DNA from: an uncultured delta proteobacterium
GTDB taxonomy: Bacteria; Desulfobacterota; RBG-13-43-22
Reading direction: 5' to 3'
DNA: 64,000 bases
Assembly (NCBI GenBank): GCA_963843145.1
Contig: CAWJJC010000028.1
Location: 256,001 to 320,000, forward strand
In this document: one piece after another, positions 20,416 through 29,814 of the stretch
Position numbering within the stretch: the first letter of the stretch is position 1
Layout of the letters: the number at the start of each line of letters is the position of its first letter
Notes under the pieces: model-generated
Seen by the model: only the letters and a program-made list of their open reading frames with translations
Told to the model about the DNA's origin: nothing
Databases searched by the model: none
Made by a program: the position numbers and the translations under genes

Positions 20416-21726
20416 TTATTTCTTGGTTTTAAAACCGGATTTGATCCAGTCTTCACTTTTTACGCCTTCAGGGGGATTCACCTTCTCCGCCGGGTAGCGT
20501 TTGATGTTCACGATTTTCAACTGTCCTTTTTCATGTTTGACCGTGCCGTAGGCGGTTTCCTGAATGGCCTGGTGTCCTTTGCCCAGGGCCATATTCACTT
20601 TACCGCTCGGGGTCTCATAGACCAGGTTTTCCAGGGCGGCGATGATCTGATCCTGCGTGGGCGCCTTGCCTGCCGCGGACCCTTGCGCTTTTTCATAGGC
20701 GGCTTTCAGGCCCAGAACGGCCATGGCCATCTTATAAGCGGGATAGGTGGGCGGGGTGGCATACCGATCTTGATAGGCTTTGCGGAACCAGCGGTTCAGT
20801 TCGTTGTCGGGGGCAAATACCCCGTGCGGACCGCGCCCGCCGATGATGGCCCCATCAGGGATCTGGGTAGCCAAGCGGTACATGGCCGTTTCTCCGGCGG
20901 TCATGACCACCAGACTTTTCTTAAACAGTCCCCGCGGGGCCGCCTGAAGGACGAAGGCTTCCAGGTCGCCGCCCCAGAAACTGGTGTGGACCACGTCCGA
21001 ACCGCTGGAGAGCAGGGAAGAAATTTCGGCGCCGTACTGACCGGCATAAATCTTGGGCATCTGGGAAACGCCTACCTGCGCGCCGGGGAACAAGACTTTC
21101 ATGGATTCCTCAAAGTCCTTCCAGGAATCCAGACCCCAGGCATAATTCTGATTGATGCCGGAGAACTTTTTGACCTTGGGTTTTAAATCGCGCACATAAT
21201 AGGCCGCGGCCACATTATCCATGGTGGCATGGGCGCCGGTCCGAAAGACGTATTTATAGCTGGCATCCTCGAAGATACGGGGGGTGCCGGCGTCAAAAAT
21301 AACGGTCAGCCTTTTGAGTTCCTCGGCCACCGGGGCGATGGCGATGGCATCCCCGCTGGAGATATAGCCGATGACCATATCCACGTTCTGTCGCTGCACC
21401 AGATTACGCAGTTCCATCACCTGCTTGGTGGCTCCGCCGGCCTCATCGATGAACACCACCTCGACGGGCGCTCCTCCAAATCCCTTGGTGGCATAAGGCG
21501 CGGCTACTTTTCCACCGGCGTTCAAGGCCTCGATCAAGACCTCAGCCCCGTTCCGGGCCGGGACTCCGAAAGGACCGGCGGCGGCGCCCGAAAGAAAGGT
21601 AACGATCCCAATTTTTATCGGTTTTTCTTCGGCTGCCAGGGAAGAGAGGGTGTTTCCCAGGGAAAGGGTCAGGACTACGAAGGATACAAAAAGAATCAAC
21701 CTCCACCGTTTACTATTCCGCTTCAT
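20416..21726 (-). CDS. ABC substrate-binding protein (type I PBP, LivJ-like)
   Basis: Sec signal peptide, IKIGIVTFLSG, GYISSG, YVFRTG. Confidence 0.9.
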   Translation of the reverse strand: MKRNSKRWRLILFVSFVVLTLSLGNTLSSLAAEEKPIKIGIVTFLSGAAAGPFGVPARNGAEVLIEALNAGGKVAAPYATKGFGGAPVEVVFIDEAGGATKQVMELRNLVQRQNVDMVIGYISSGDAIAIAPVAEELKRLTVIFDAGTPRIFEDASYKYVFRTGAHATMDNVAAAYYVRDLKPKVKKFSGINQNYAWGLDSWKDFEESMKVLFPGAQVGVSQMPKIYAGQYGAEISSLLSSGSDVVHTSFWGGDLEAFVLQAAPRGLFKKSLVVMTAGETAMYRLATQIPDGAIIGGRGPHGVFAPDNELNRWFRKAYQDRYATPPTYPAYKMAMAVLGLKAAYEKAQGSAAGKAPTQDQIIAALENLVYETPSGKVNMALGKGHQAIQETAYGTVKHEKGQLKIVNIKRYPAEKVNPPEGVKSEDWIKSGFKTKK

Positions 21727-22105
21727 TGCTAACCTCCTTGGTTGGATATTAAATGCGAAGAAATCGGGTTGGTGGCCAACCGGTCACGATCCGGGGTTGG
21801 CTGAAAGGGCCGGCAAGATCAGAAGCCGCTATCTCCCCGTTTAAACCTTCTATGGTCGCGCTGTCGTTCCCCCCTTTCTTTTTTGGACTCCAAGGGCCCG
21901 GTAAAGCCCCAGAAGACAGGTCGAATTAGGCATTGTAGGTCTTTTAAAAAAGATTTGTTGGAAACGTAGATCCGGATTCGAAGTCCCGAGTACCTTTTGG
22001 AAAACTCCTGCGCCGGGAGCCGTCGGCCGTCCAGGCCCGATTTGTGGGTTAATCTTCCCCATCTGGCGGCCATCCCCCCCCCCAGGCGAACCATCGAATG
22101 ATATA

Positions 22106-22122
22106 ACCAAGAAATGTGCCAA
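22106..22122 (-). promoter_or_regulatory. Putative sigma-54 (-24/-12) promoter for the ABC-ADH-AOR operon
   Basis: Minus strand TTGGCAC-ATTTC-TTGGT; -24 box matches the consensus, -12 has GG instead of GC; adjacent to a sigma-54 activator gene. Confidence 0.5.
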
Positions 22123-22175
22123 AATAAAATGGTATAGATAATAAGCGGTTAGGATATTGATGCCGGATGAACCGG

Positions 22176-22283
22176 TGCAATAATGCAAAATTAAGTCGGA
22201 TTCGTGAGAATCTATAACTATTTTATAATATTATCAAATAGATCAATATATTGCATTTGTGCAAAGCAATTGCAATTATGCAA
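22176..22283. promoter_or_regulatory. Three TGCA-N4-TGCA palindromes, putative activator binding sites
   Basis: TGCAATAATGCA (22176-22187), TTGCATTTGTGCAA (22251-22264), TTGCAATTATGCAA (22270-22283). Confidence 0.6.
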
Positions 22284-22284
22284 T

Positions 22285-24042
22285 CTAGGAACGCATTAGT
22301 CCGTGTTGACGGACTTTCCGGGAAATGGTCGAAGGATTGACTCCGAAGGCCAGAGCGACTTGGGAAATCGTTTTATGTCGTTTCAGCGCCTCTTCAATCA
22401 ACCCTTTTTCAAATTCGCTGACCATTTCTTTCAGTCCACCCGGCGCCTCTCGATCGCGGTTCGGCGGTCGGCCTTCCTGGATAATGGCCGGCAGGTCCTC
22501 CGGCCCGAGGGTCTTTTTGTCGCTCATGACCACCAGTCTTTCGACGATGTTCATAAGCTCCCGGACATTGCCGGGAAAGGAATATTGTCCGAGTAATTCA
22601 TAAGCCCGGGGGGTCAAGGCCTTTTTGGCTTGATCGGGGCGGGTGAATTTCTTTAAGAAATGGTTGATTAAAGGAATGATATCATCCCGGCGCTCCCGCA
22701 GGGGCGGCAGATCCAACGGCAGGGTGCTGAGGCGGAAATAGAGGTCTTTCCTGAAATCTCCGCGCTGCACCAGGGAAAGCAAGTCCCGGTTGGTGGCGGC
22801 GATGATTCGAAAATCGATATGTTTAGGTTTGGTCCCGCCCAACCGGGTAATTTCCTTATCCTCCAGGACGGCCAGAATTTTCACCTGCAAATACAGGGGG
22901 AGGTCGGCAATTTCATCTAAAAATACCGTTCCGCCCTGCCCGATTTCGAAAAGTCCGGCCTTTCCTTCGGTGCGGGCGCCGGTGAAGGCGCCTTTTTCGT
23001 AGCCAAAGAGTTCGCTTTCCAGAAGGGTTTCGGGAATAGCGCCGCAGTTGATTTTTATAAAGCTTTTTCCTTTGCGCAGGCTGTTTTTATGGATGAAGCG
23101 GGCCAAGACGTCCTTTCCCACCCCGGATTCGCCGGTCAACAGGGCGGCCGAATCTACCCGGGCCATTTTGATCGCCTTTTGCATGACCAGCCGCATGGAC
23201 TCGCTTTTTATAAGCAGTTGCTGTCCCGCCTGGTTCAGGACCTGCTGTTCGATCAGCTCATCCTGATAGCGGCGCGTCAGTTGCTTGCTCTCTACCAATT
23301 CGTTTTTAAGTTGATTCAACTCCGTTAGATCGCGCACATTGGTCACCACCCGGGTAATCCGGTTCTGGGAGTCAAAAATAGGGTTTCCGGTGACGATGAC
23401 GACTTTGCCCCCCTTGATCTCCTGCATGATGGTCTGGGGACGGCGCTCGCGGATCACTTCCAGGGTGACCGAAGGATCGAATATGCCTTCGGACACCAGT
23501 TCACTGGTCTTTTTGCCGGTTAACTCCTCCTTTTTTAGACCGGTAATCCTTTCATAGGCCTGGTTGACCCGCAAGGTTTTGGCTTTCCCGTCGGTTATGT
23601 AAAGGCCATCATAGGAGGATTCGATGATGGCATCCAATTCTTCATTCAAGCGCTTGAAGGATTCCAGATCGGTGCTGACCTTTTCATACTCCGAGATATC
23701 CTGAAAGATGCTCATTACCCCGACTACCTTTCCTTCAAGGAAAATGGGAGTCCGATTGGCGATAAGGGTCGATCTTCCCAGATTGATCTTTTTGGCAATC
23801 TGAGGGACACCGGTCCGGATAATCTCTTTCATGTCCTGCCAGGCTTTGGGATTGATTTCCTTGATCGGATGGCCGGCCAGATCGTTCGTGGATATGCCCA
23901 GCAGTTTTCGGGCCGCCTGATTATAGACCTGGATGGAGCCCTGCTCATCGATGATCACCACCCCGTTGTAGGCCATATCGTAAAGGCTGCGGAGTTGACT
24001 CAGGTTCTCCTTCCAGAGGCTTTTTTTTGGTTTAGGACCCAT
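22285..24042 (-). CDS. PAS-PAS sigma-54-dependent transcriptional activator
   Basis: GESGVGKD, ESELFGYEKGAFTGA, FLDEI, FPGNVREL, C-terminal HTH. Confidence 0.95.
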   Translation of the reverse strand: MGPKPKKSLWKENLSQLRSLYDMAYNGVVIIDEQGSIQVYNQAARKLLGISTNDLAGHPIKEINPKAWQDMKEIIRTGVPQIAKKINLGRSTLIANRTPIFLEGKVVGVMSIFQDISEYEKVSTDLESFKRLNEELDAIIESSYDGLYITDGKAKTLRVNQAYERITGLKKEELTGKKTSELVSEGIFDPSVTLEVIRERRPQTIMQEIKGGKVVIVTGNPIFDSQNRITRVVTNVRDLTELNQLKNELVESKQLTRRYQDELIEQQVLNQAGQQLLIKSESMRLVMQKAIKMARVDSAALLTGESGVGKDVLARFIHKNSLRKGKSFIKINCGAIPETLLESELFGYEKGAFTGARTEGKAGLFEIGQGGTVFLDEIADLPLYLQVKILAVLEDKEITRLGGTKPKHIDFRIIAATNRDLLSLVQRGDFRKDLYFRLSTLPLDLPPLRERRDDIIPLINHFLKKFTRPDQAKKALTPRAYELLGQYSFPGNVRELMNIVERLVVMSDKKTLGPEDLPAIIQEGRPPNRDREAPGGLKEMVSEFEKGLIEEALKRHKTISQVALAFGVNPSTISRKVRQHGLMRS

Positions 24043-24276
24043 TGGACTACCTTCTAGAATCTTTTCTTGACAGGGACGAAAGGGGATTGATAATGATATA
24101 CAATTTTTAATAATTTATAACAAGCTGAAATTATTTCTCTACCGCCTTTCAGCCCGTCATCCTGGGGCATGAATTCCGTGGGAAAATCGTTGAGGTCGGG
24201 GAACGGGAAGACGGTGGGAGAGTAAGGGAGCGGGCCGCCGTTCATTGCTTGGTCTTACCGCGATTAGGAGAGAGAG

Positions 24277-26160
24277 ATGTTCAAGAAAAAGAAGGCCGCA
24301 GCGGATAAAAAAACGCCGTTGGATAAAAAGACTACCGAATTGCTGGGATTGATTTTTGAAAAAATGCCCCGCAGGATTGAACTTTTGCTTTTTACCAGCC
24401 CCGGTCGGAACGAGCCCTATAGCGCGGCGATTCGGGAGTTTTTCCGATCGGTCGGTGATTTGACCGACAAGATCGATTTCAGGGAATACGATTTGACCCA
24501 CGAACTGGCCGCCGTCCACGAGGCGCAGGAATCGCCTACCCTGGTGATAGACCCGAGCCATATGCGCCTCCGCTGGCTGGGGGCCCCTGTCGGCCAAGAG
24601 GCCGCGGCATTTTTGACGGGCCTGGTCATGATCGGTCACCGCAAGGCCAATCTGGAAACACAATCCCGGAAGATACTCAATAGTATAGAGGAACCTCGCC
24701 GGATAAAGATATTTGTCAGCCCGACCTGTCCTTATTGCCCCCAGCAGATCATGAACGCCCTCAAAGCGGCCGTGGAGCGCCCCGATCTCATTTCCCTGGA
24801 GATTATCGATGTCCCGGCCATGGCCGAATTAGCCGAAAAATACCAGGCCTTCAGTACGCCCACCGTTTATGCCAATGAAAAACGGATCGCCCGGGGGGCC
24901 CAATCCGAAGAACTGTTCATGGCCAGTCTGAAGAAGCTGGAAGAAGAGACCATCTTCATTCCGGACAACGAAGCCGAAGAGATCGAAGTGGATCTGGTGG
25001 TGGTCGGTGCCGGTCCGGCCGGCCTCTCGGCCGGGATCTATGCCGCCCGCAGCGGATTACGGGCGGTAGTCGTCGAAAAAGGTGTCCTGGGGGGACAGGT
25101 GGCCATGACCCCGATAGTCGAAAATTACCCCGGTATTCCTCAGATAGGCGGCAAGGCCCTGGTGGACATCATGGTCGTTCATGCCCTGGAGTATGCCAAC
25201 GTTTTTCCAGGGGAAGAGGTCATGGAAATTAAACCGGGCCAGCCCCTGGTGGTGACTACCAGCCGCCGACGCTTTCTGACCCGGGCCGTTTTGTTGGCCA
25301 GCGGCGCTGTGTATCGACGGTTGGGGGTCCCCGGCGAAGAGCGCTTGTTCGGGCGGGGGGTCAGCTATTGCAGTACCTGCGACGGACCGCTGTTCAAGAA
25401 GGGCAAGGCGCTCATGGTGGGCGGAGGGGACAGCGCCGTCACCGAGGCCTTGCATCTGCATCAGATCGGGGTCGAGGTAACCCTGGCCCACCGGCGGGAG
25501 ACCCTGCGGGCGCAGGCCCAACTGAAGGACAGCCTCAAGGCGGCCAAGATCCCGGTCCTTTTCAATACCGAAATTCAGGAGATCAGGGGTGAGGAGCGGG
25601 TCAAAGAGGTGGAGCTGGTCAATAACCTCAGCGGAACAAGGCAGGTGATGGCCGTGGACGCAGTCTTCGTGTCCATAGGCTATGCCCCGGCGGTGGAGTT
25701 GGCGCGTCGGACCGGAGTAGCCCTCACCGAGGACGGGTATATCAAAAAGGACTCCCGCCACCGCACCAACATCCCGGGGATTTATTCGGCCGGGGATGTG
25801 GAGGGCGGCTATAAACAGATCGTCATCGCCGCCGGTCAGGGATCCGAGGCCGCCTTAGCAATTTTCGAGGATTTGGTCAATCCCTATTGGGTTTCTAATC
25901 AGAATCGGGCAAGGGTCTCGAGGCCTGAGCGCGGGGGACACCACGTCAGGCTTGTAGACCCGGAAGCGGGGGGACAGAGGCAATGCTCGGAGACCCCCAG
26001 GCTAAGAAATCACCAGGTACCATCCACCAATTGGCGTTTTTCTTCCAGATATTCTTCCAGTTCATCCAACTTCAGGTGGAGAAAGTCCTGGATCGATAAT
26101 ATACTTATCCATGGGTCCCGGAAGGGTTTTCGACGGGGCGCTCTCTTAATTCCTTTTTGA
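24277..26160 (+). CDS. AhpF-like fusion: protein-disulfide oxidoreductase domain plus thioredoxin reductase (true end probably near 25900)
   Basis: CPYC thioredoxin site, GAGPAG, GVSYCSTCDG, GGGDSA, AGDV; similarity ends at NPYW and the remaining ~90 codons look like run-on. Confidence 0.85.
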   Translation: MFKKKKAAADKKTPLDKKTTELLGLIFEKMPRRIELLLFTSPGRNEPYSAAIREFFRSVGDLTDKIDFREYDLTHELAAVHEAQESPTLVIDPSHMRLRWLGAPVGQEAAAFLTGLVMIGHRKANLETQSRKILNSIEEPRRIKIFVSPTCPYCPQQIMNALKAAVERPDLISLEIIDVPAMAELAEKYQAFSTPTVYANEKRIARGAQSEELFMASLKKLEEETIFIPDNEAEEIEVDLVVVGAGPAGLSAGIYAARSGLRAVVVEKGVLGGQVAMTPIVENYPGIPQIGGKALVDIMVVHALEYANVFPGEEVMEIKPGQPLVVTTSRRRFLTRAVLLASGAVYRRLGVPGEERLFGRGVSYCSTCDGPLFKKGKALMVGGGDSAVTEALHLHQIGVEVTLAHRRETLRAQAQLKDSLKAAKIPVLFNTEIQEIRGEERVKEVELVNNLSGTRQVMAVDAVFVSIGYAPAVELARRTGVALTEDGYIKKDSRHRTNIPGIYSAGDVEGGYKQIVIAAGQGSEAALAIFEDLVNPYWVSNQNRARVSRPERGGHHVRLVDPEAGGQRQCSETPRLRNHQVPSTNWRFSSRYSSSSSNFRWRKSWIDNILIHGSRKGFRRGALLIPF

Positions 26161-27640
26161 TCACCTTGCCTCCGGGATTCCGGGGCAACTCCGGCAAGAA
26201 GAGCACCCGGGCCGGTACCTTGAAATCGGCCAGGTGCTGTCGGCAATATTCCAGGATCTCCTCGACCGTGGCTTCCGTCTCCGGCCGCAGGACAACGCAG
26301 GCCCGGACCACTTCCCCAAAGATGGGATGCGCTTCCGGAACCACCGCGGACTCCAGGACCTGGGGGTGGGAGTTCAGGACCGATTCCACCTCGATAGAGT
26401 AAATGTTTTCCCCTCCCCGGACGATCATATCCTTCATCCGATCCACGATAAAGACATAGCCTTCGTCATCGATGCGGGCCACATCGCCGGTGTGCAGCCA
26501 GCCTTCCTTCAGGGCCTTCTGCGTCGCCTCCGGTTGGTTAAAATAGCCTTTGACGATGTTGGGTCCTTTGATGAGTAATTCTCCCGGATCTCCCGGTTGG
26601 ACTTCGTTCCCCAAGACATCCATTGCTTTTATTTGGACCCCGGGAACCGGCAAACCCACCGAGGGGGCCTTGCGGATGGCGTCGCAGGCGGGCAGGACGG
26701 TGGTTAGCGAAGAGGATTCGGTCAGGCCGTAGGCGTTAAAAAGTTCCAGGCCCAATCTGTTTTTCAAGGCCAAAATGGTTTCCTTATCCATAGGGGCCCC
26801 GCCGTAGGCCGCCAGGCGCAGGGAGTGCAGATCCCTATCCGCCAGGGCTTCGTTGATCAGCATCAGGACATACATGGTGGGAACATTGAACAAAACGGTG
26901 ATCTGATGGCGTTCAATGGCCTGGATCATCTCGATCGTCTTGTAGGCCTTCAGGATCACGCAGGTTCCGCCCAGGTAGATAAAGGCCACCAACTGGCTGT
27001 TTAACCCGGTGACGTGAAAAAGAGGGACCACGATCAGGGTGATGTCCTTCTCGGTGTAGGTGAGCATGGCTCCGCAATTTCGGGCGTTGGTGAAGATATT
27101 ACGTTGGGTCATCATGGCCCCTTTGGGCAGGCCGGTGGTGCCGGAGGTGTACATGATGGTGGCTACGTCTTCGGGGTTCAAATCCGGAAAAATGGGTAAG
27201 TCCGAGGCTTCCAGGAGATCGTTAAAAAAAAGGGCCCCCGATTTTCGTTCCGTTCCGGCATAAATGAATTCCTTGACCCGCGATAAATCCGGTCGAATCG
27301 CCTGGGAAACATCCCAGAATTGGTAACCCACTACCAGAACCCCGGCTCCGCAGTCATTCAAGATATAAACCAGATCTTTCCCGGTCAAACGGTTATTAAG
27401 CGGCACGGCTATGGCCCCGATAGCGGCGCAGGCATAGTAGGACACGGCCATTTCAATGCAGTTCGGAAAGAGCAGGGCCACCCGGTCCCCTTTCCGGACT
27501 CCCAGCTTTTGCAGATGGTAGGCCAGAGATAACACCTGTCGTTGCAGTTCCCTATAAGTCAGGGCTTCCTCGTCGCAGAGCAGGGCGGGTTTGTTGGGGA
27601 GGCGATCGGCAGTGGCCTGAAGCATTTGGTAGATAAGCAT
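26105..27640 (-). CDS. AMP-binding acyl-CoA ligase
   Basis: YTSGTTGLPKG, AYGLTE, WLHTGD, DRMKDMIVRGGENIYS, PRNPGGKV. Confidence 0.93.
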   Translation of the reverse strand: MLIYQMLQATADRLPNKPALLCDEEALTYRELQRQVLSLAYHLQKLGVRKGDRVALLFPNCIEMAVSYYACAAIGAIAVPLNNRLTGKDLVYILNDCGAGVLVVGYQFWDVSQAIRPDLSRVKEFIYAGTERKSGALFFNDLLEASDLPIFPDLNPEDVATIMYTSGTTGLPKGAMMTQRNIFTNARNCGAMLTYTEKDITLIVVPLFHVTGLNSQLVAFIYLGGTCVILKAYKTIEMIQAIERHQITVLFNVPTMYVLMLINEALADRDLHSLRLAAYGGAPMDKETILALKNRLGLELFNAYGLTESSSLTTVLPACDAIRKAPSVGLPVPGVQIKAMDVLGNEVQPGDPGELLIKGPNIVKGYFNQPEATQKALKEGWLHTGDVARIDDEGYVFIVDRMKDMIVRGGENIYSIEVESVLNSHPQVLESAVVPEAHPIFGEVVRACVVLRPETEATVEEILEYCRQHLADFKVPARVLFLPELPRNPGGKVIKKELRERPVENPSGTHG

Positions 27641-27656
27641 AAAATCTCCACTTAAG

Positions 27657-28160
27657 CTAAATTCGAAACTCGAAATTCGAAATCCGAAACAAATTCAAAT
27701 GTTCGAAATCTCGAATGATCAAAACAGAAAATTCAAAAATCCACAGTCCAGGAATTATTCACATTTGCGGATGATGGAACCGAAAATGTTCATTAGTTCG
27801 GTTGTTTCATCGATCAGGTCTATTCGTTCTTTCTCTCGGTCTGGATTTTCATTGATTTCAATGAGCCTCAACCAATAGCGGCTTTCTTTGGCTTCTTTAC
27901 GACAGATTTTGACTCTCAAGATGAAGTCTTTTTTGCTCAAAGACTCATTGGCTTCAATATAATTTGCTCCGATGGATCCGGAGGATTTGATAAGTTGTTT
28001 TCCATCTTCGATATTGGCTAACGTTTTCGGTAGTTCTTTTACGAATTTCCGCACGCGCTTAGCGAAAAGAAAGGTTCGATCCTCGAGGTCGAATTGTTTT
28101 GAGTTTTGATATTCGGTCATTGTAATTTGTTTCGAATTTCGGGTTTCGAATTTCGAATTT
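27657..28160. mobile_element. Four-helix-bundle gene module bounded by ~65-bp inverted arms of 7-bp periodicity
   Basis: Left arm 27657-27725 AAATTCGAAACTCGAAATTCGAAATCCGAAACAAATTCAAATG..; right arm 28096-28160 is its approximate reverse complement. Confidence 0.7.
27755..28120 (-). CDS. Four-helix bundle protein (23S rRNA IVP / bAvd-like family)
   Basis: FDLEDRTFLFA, QLIKSSGSIGANYIEANE, SKKDF, KEAKESRYWL. Confidence 0.9.
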   Translation of the reverse strand: MTEYQNSKQFDLEDRTFLFAKRVRKFVKELPKTLANIEDGKQLIKSSGSIGANYIEANESLSKKDFILRVKICRKEAKESRYWLRLIEINENPDREKERIDLIDETTELMNIFGSIIRKCE

Positions 28161-28165
28161 TCGGC

Positions 28166-28930
28166 CTACCAGGCCGTCCACCCTCCATCCACAAAGATGG
28201 TCTGTCCGGTGATGAAATCCGAGGCCTTCGAGGCCAGGAAGATCACGGTCCCTTCCAGTTCTTCCGGTTGTCCCCAGCGGCCCATGGGAGTTCGCTCGTT
28301 GATAAAGCGGAACCTTTCCGGATCGTTCCGTAAGGCAGCCACCAGAGGGGTCTCAAAATACGTGGGTCCGATGGCGTTCACCTGGATGCCGTGCCGGGCC
28401 CATTCCAGGGCCATGACTTTGGTCATCTGAATCACCCCGCCCTTGCTGGAGGCGTAGGGCAACTGGTTTTCCAGGCCCACAGCCCCTAAGATGGAGGCCA
28501 TGTTGATGATCTTGCCTTTCCTTTGTTTGATCATGGCCGGGGCTACGGCCTGGGCCACCAGGAAATAGCCTTTCAGGTTGGTATCCAAAACCTGGTCCCA
28601 GTCGGCTTCGGTCAGCTCCAGCACCGGTTTGCGGATATTGACTCCGGCATTGTTGACCAGGATATCGATTCGGTCAAAGGCGGATAAGACTTCTTCCACC
28701 GCCTGGGTGACGCTGCGCTGATCCAGCACATCCAGGGGAAAGATCCGGGCCTGGACTCCATAGACCTGTGCCAGGGCACGCGTCTTTTCCAGGTCATCCA
28801 GATTCCGGGCGCAGAGGGCCAGATCGGCCCCGGCCTTGGCCAGTCCGACCGCCAGGGCCTGCCCCAGTCCTTTGGAGGCCCCGGTAACCAGGGCCACTTT
28901 TCCGGTCAAATCAAAAAGATCTAACGCCAT
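28166..28930 (-). CDS. SDR oxidoreductase (KduD/gluconate 5-dehydrogenase-like)
   Basis: TGASKGLG, NNAG, YASSK, VNAIGP, TPMGRWG; GGAGG RBS before ATG 28930. Confidence 0.9.
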   Translation of the reverse strand: MALDLFDLTGKVALVTGASKGLGQALAVGLAKAGADLALCARNLDDLEKTRALAQVYGVQARIFPLDVLDQRSVTQAVEEVLSAFDRIDILVNNAGVNIRKPVLELTEADWDQVLDTNLKGYFLVAQAVAPAMIKQRKGKIINMASILGAVGLENQLPYASSKGGVIQMTKVMALEWARHGIQVNAIGPTYFETPLVAALRNDPERFRFINERTPMGRWGQPEELEGTVIFLASKASDFITGQTIFVDGGWTAW

Positions 28931-29059
28931 GCTGCTTCTTACCTCCTTTTGTAGTAACCCCTCCTGTCCGAGGGGACACCCCGAAGCTTGAAAATAAAAG
29001 GAACATAAGCCACACTGACTGACATTAATAATTAGTCCTTTTGATGTTAGCTGCAATCG

Positions 29060-29318
29060 TGGGCACAACCAGGGACAGAGTCTATTGCGATTGAATGCTG
29101 CCTTCCGAGAACGTCCTGGAATAGCCTGATCGGGTCGATCACCGAGTGCATATCGATATCGACACGACGGTGGAGACTGTCTATGGGGCTATTGAAGGAG
29201 CCCGAAAAGGCCATAATACTCAACACCGGGGCGAGAAGGGACTGCGGCCGGTTTTACTTTTCTGTAGGAGACCCGTGAGTATCTGGCCGTGACTTTCCGT
29301 CGTGGGGAAACGATTTCC
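29060..29318 (+). pseudogene. IS1380-family transposase internal fragment
   Basis: HIDIDTTVETVYGAIEGARKGHNTQHRGEKGLRPVL..ETREYLA..RRGETIS across frameshifts. Confidence 0.7.
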
Positions 29319-29814
29319 TTCGAATTAGCTCGTTTTATTTTTTCCTTCTGTCTGTTGTTGCCGGAATGCGTTCGGCAAGTGATTATTGGGCGTATTCGGA
29401 ATTTTACAGTGGTACGGTTATCAAGGCCTGTGAACGCGTCACTATATTATATTATCTCGGCCAAAAGCACCCATCCGGACTATGACTCCCAGCCTTGGTA
29501 TTCCTCACGGCTCATCTGGATAAACGAGACAATACCTTTAACCAAAGTCGTACGGGTTTTATGAAATATCGTCCGCGCCGTCAGGCTAGTTTTTGTACGA
29601 ACGACTTGCTATCCAGAATGTTTCTGGTCCTGATAAACCAGGCTTCCCTATGTCCAGATCGGGGACATCTGAATCCATTGGGCTTTCGAAGACTCGCAGA
29701 TGCTCTGCGCAAGCTTCTTCGGTGGAAAATCCCTCTGAAAATAAAGGTTAATAATCAATTGTTAATTATTAATTATTGATGAATGCCCGAGTGGCGCCGG
29801 GTTCTATTTTCGTA

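Noticed and set aside
27755-28120. Diversity-generating retroelement suggested by the bAvd-like gene
   Set aside because: No reverse transcriptase and no TR/VR pair nearby; the 107-bp abfD duplicate is ~16 kb away and its few mismatches are not adenine-specific
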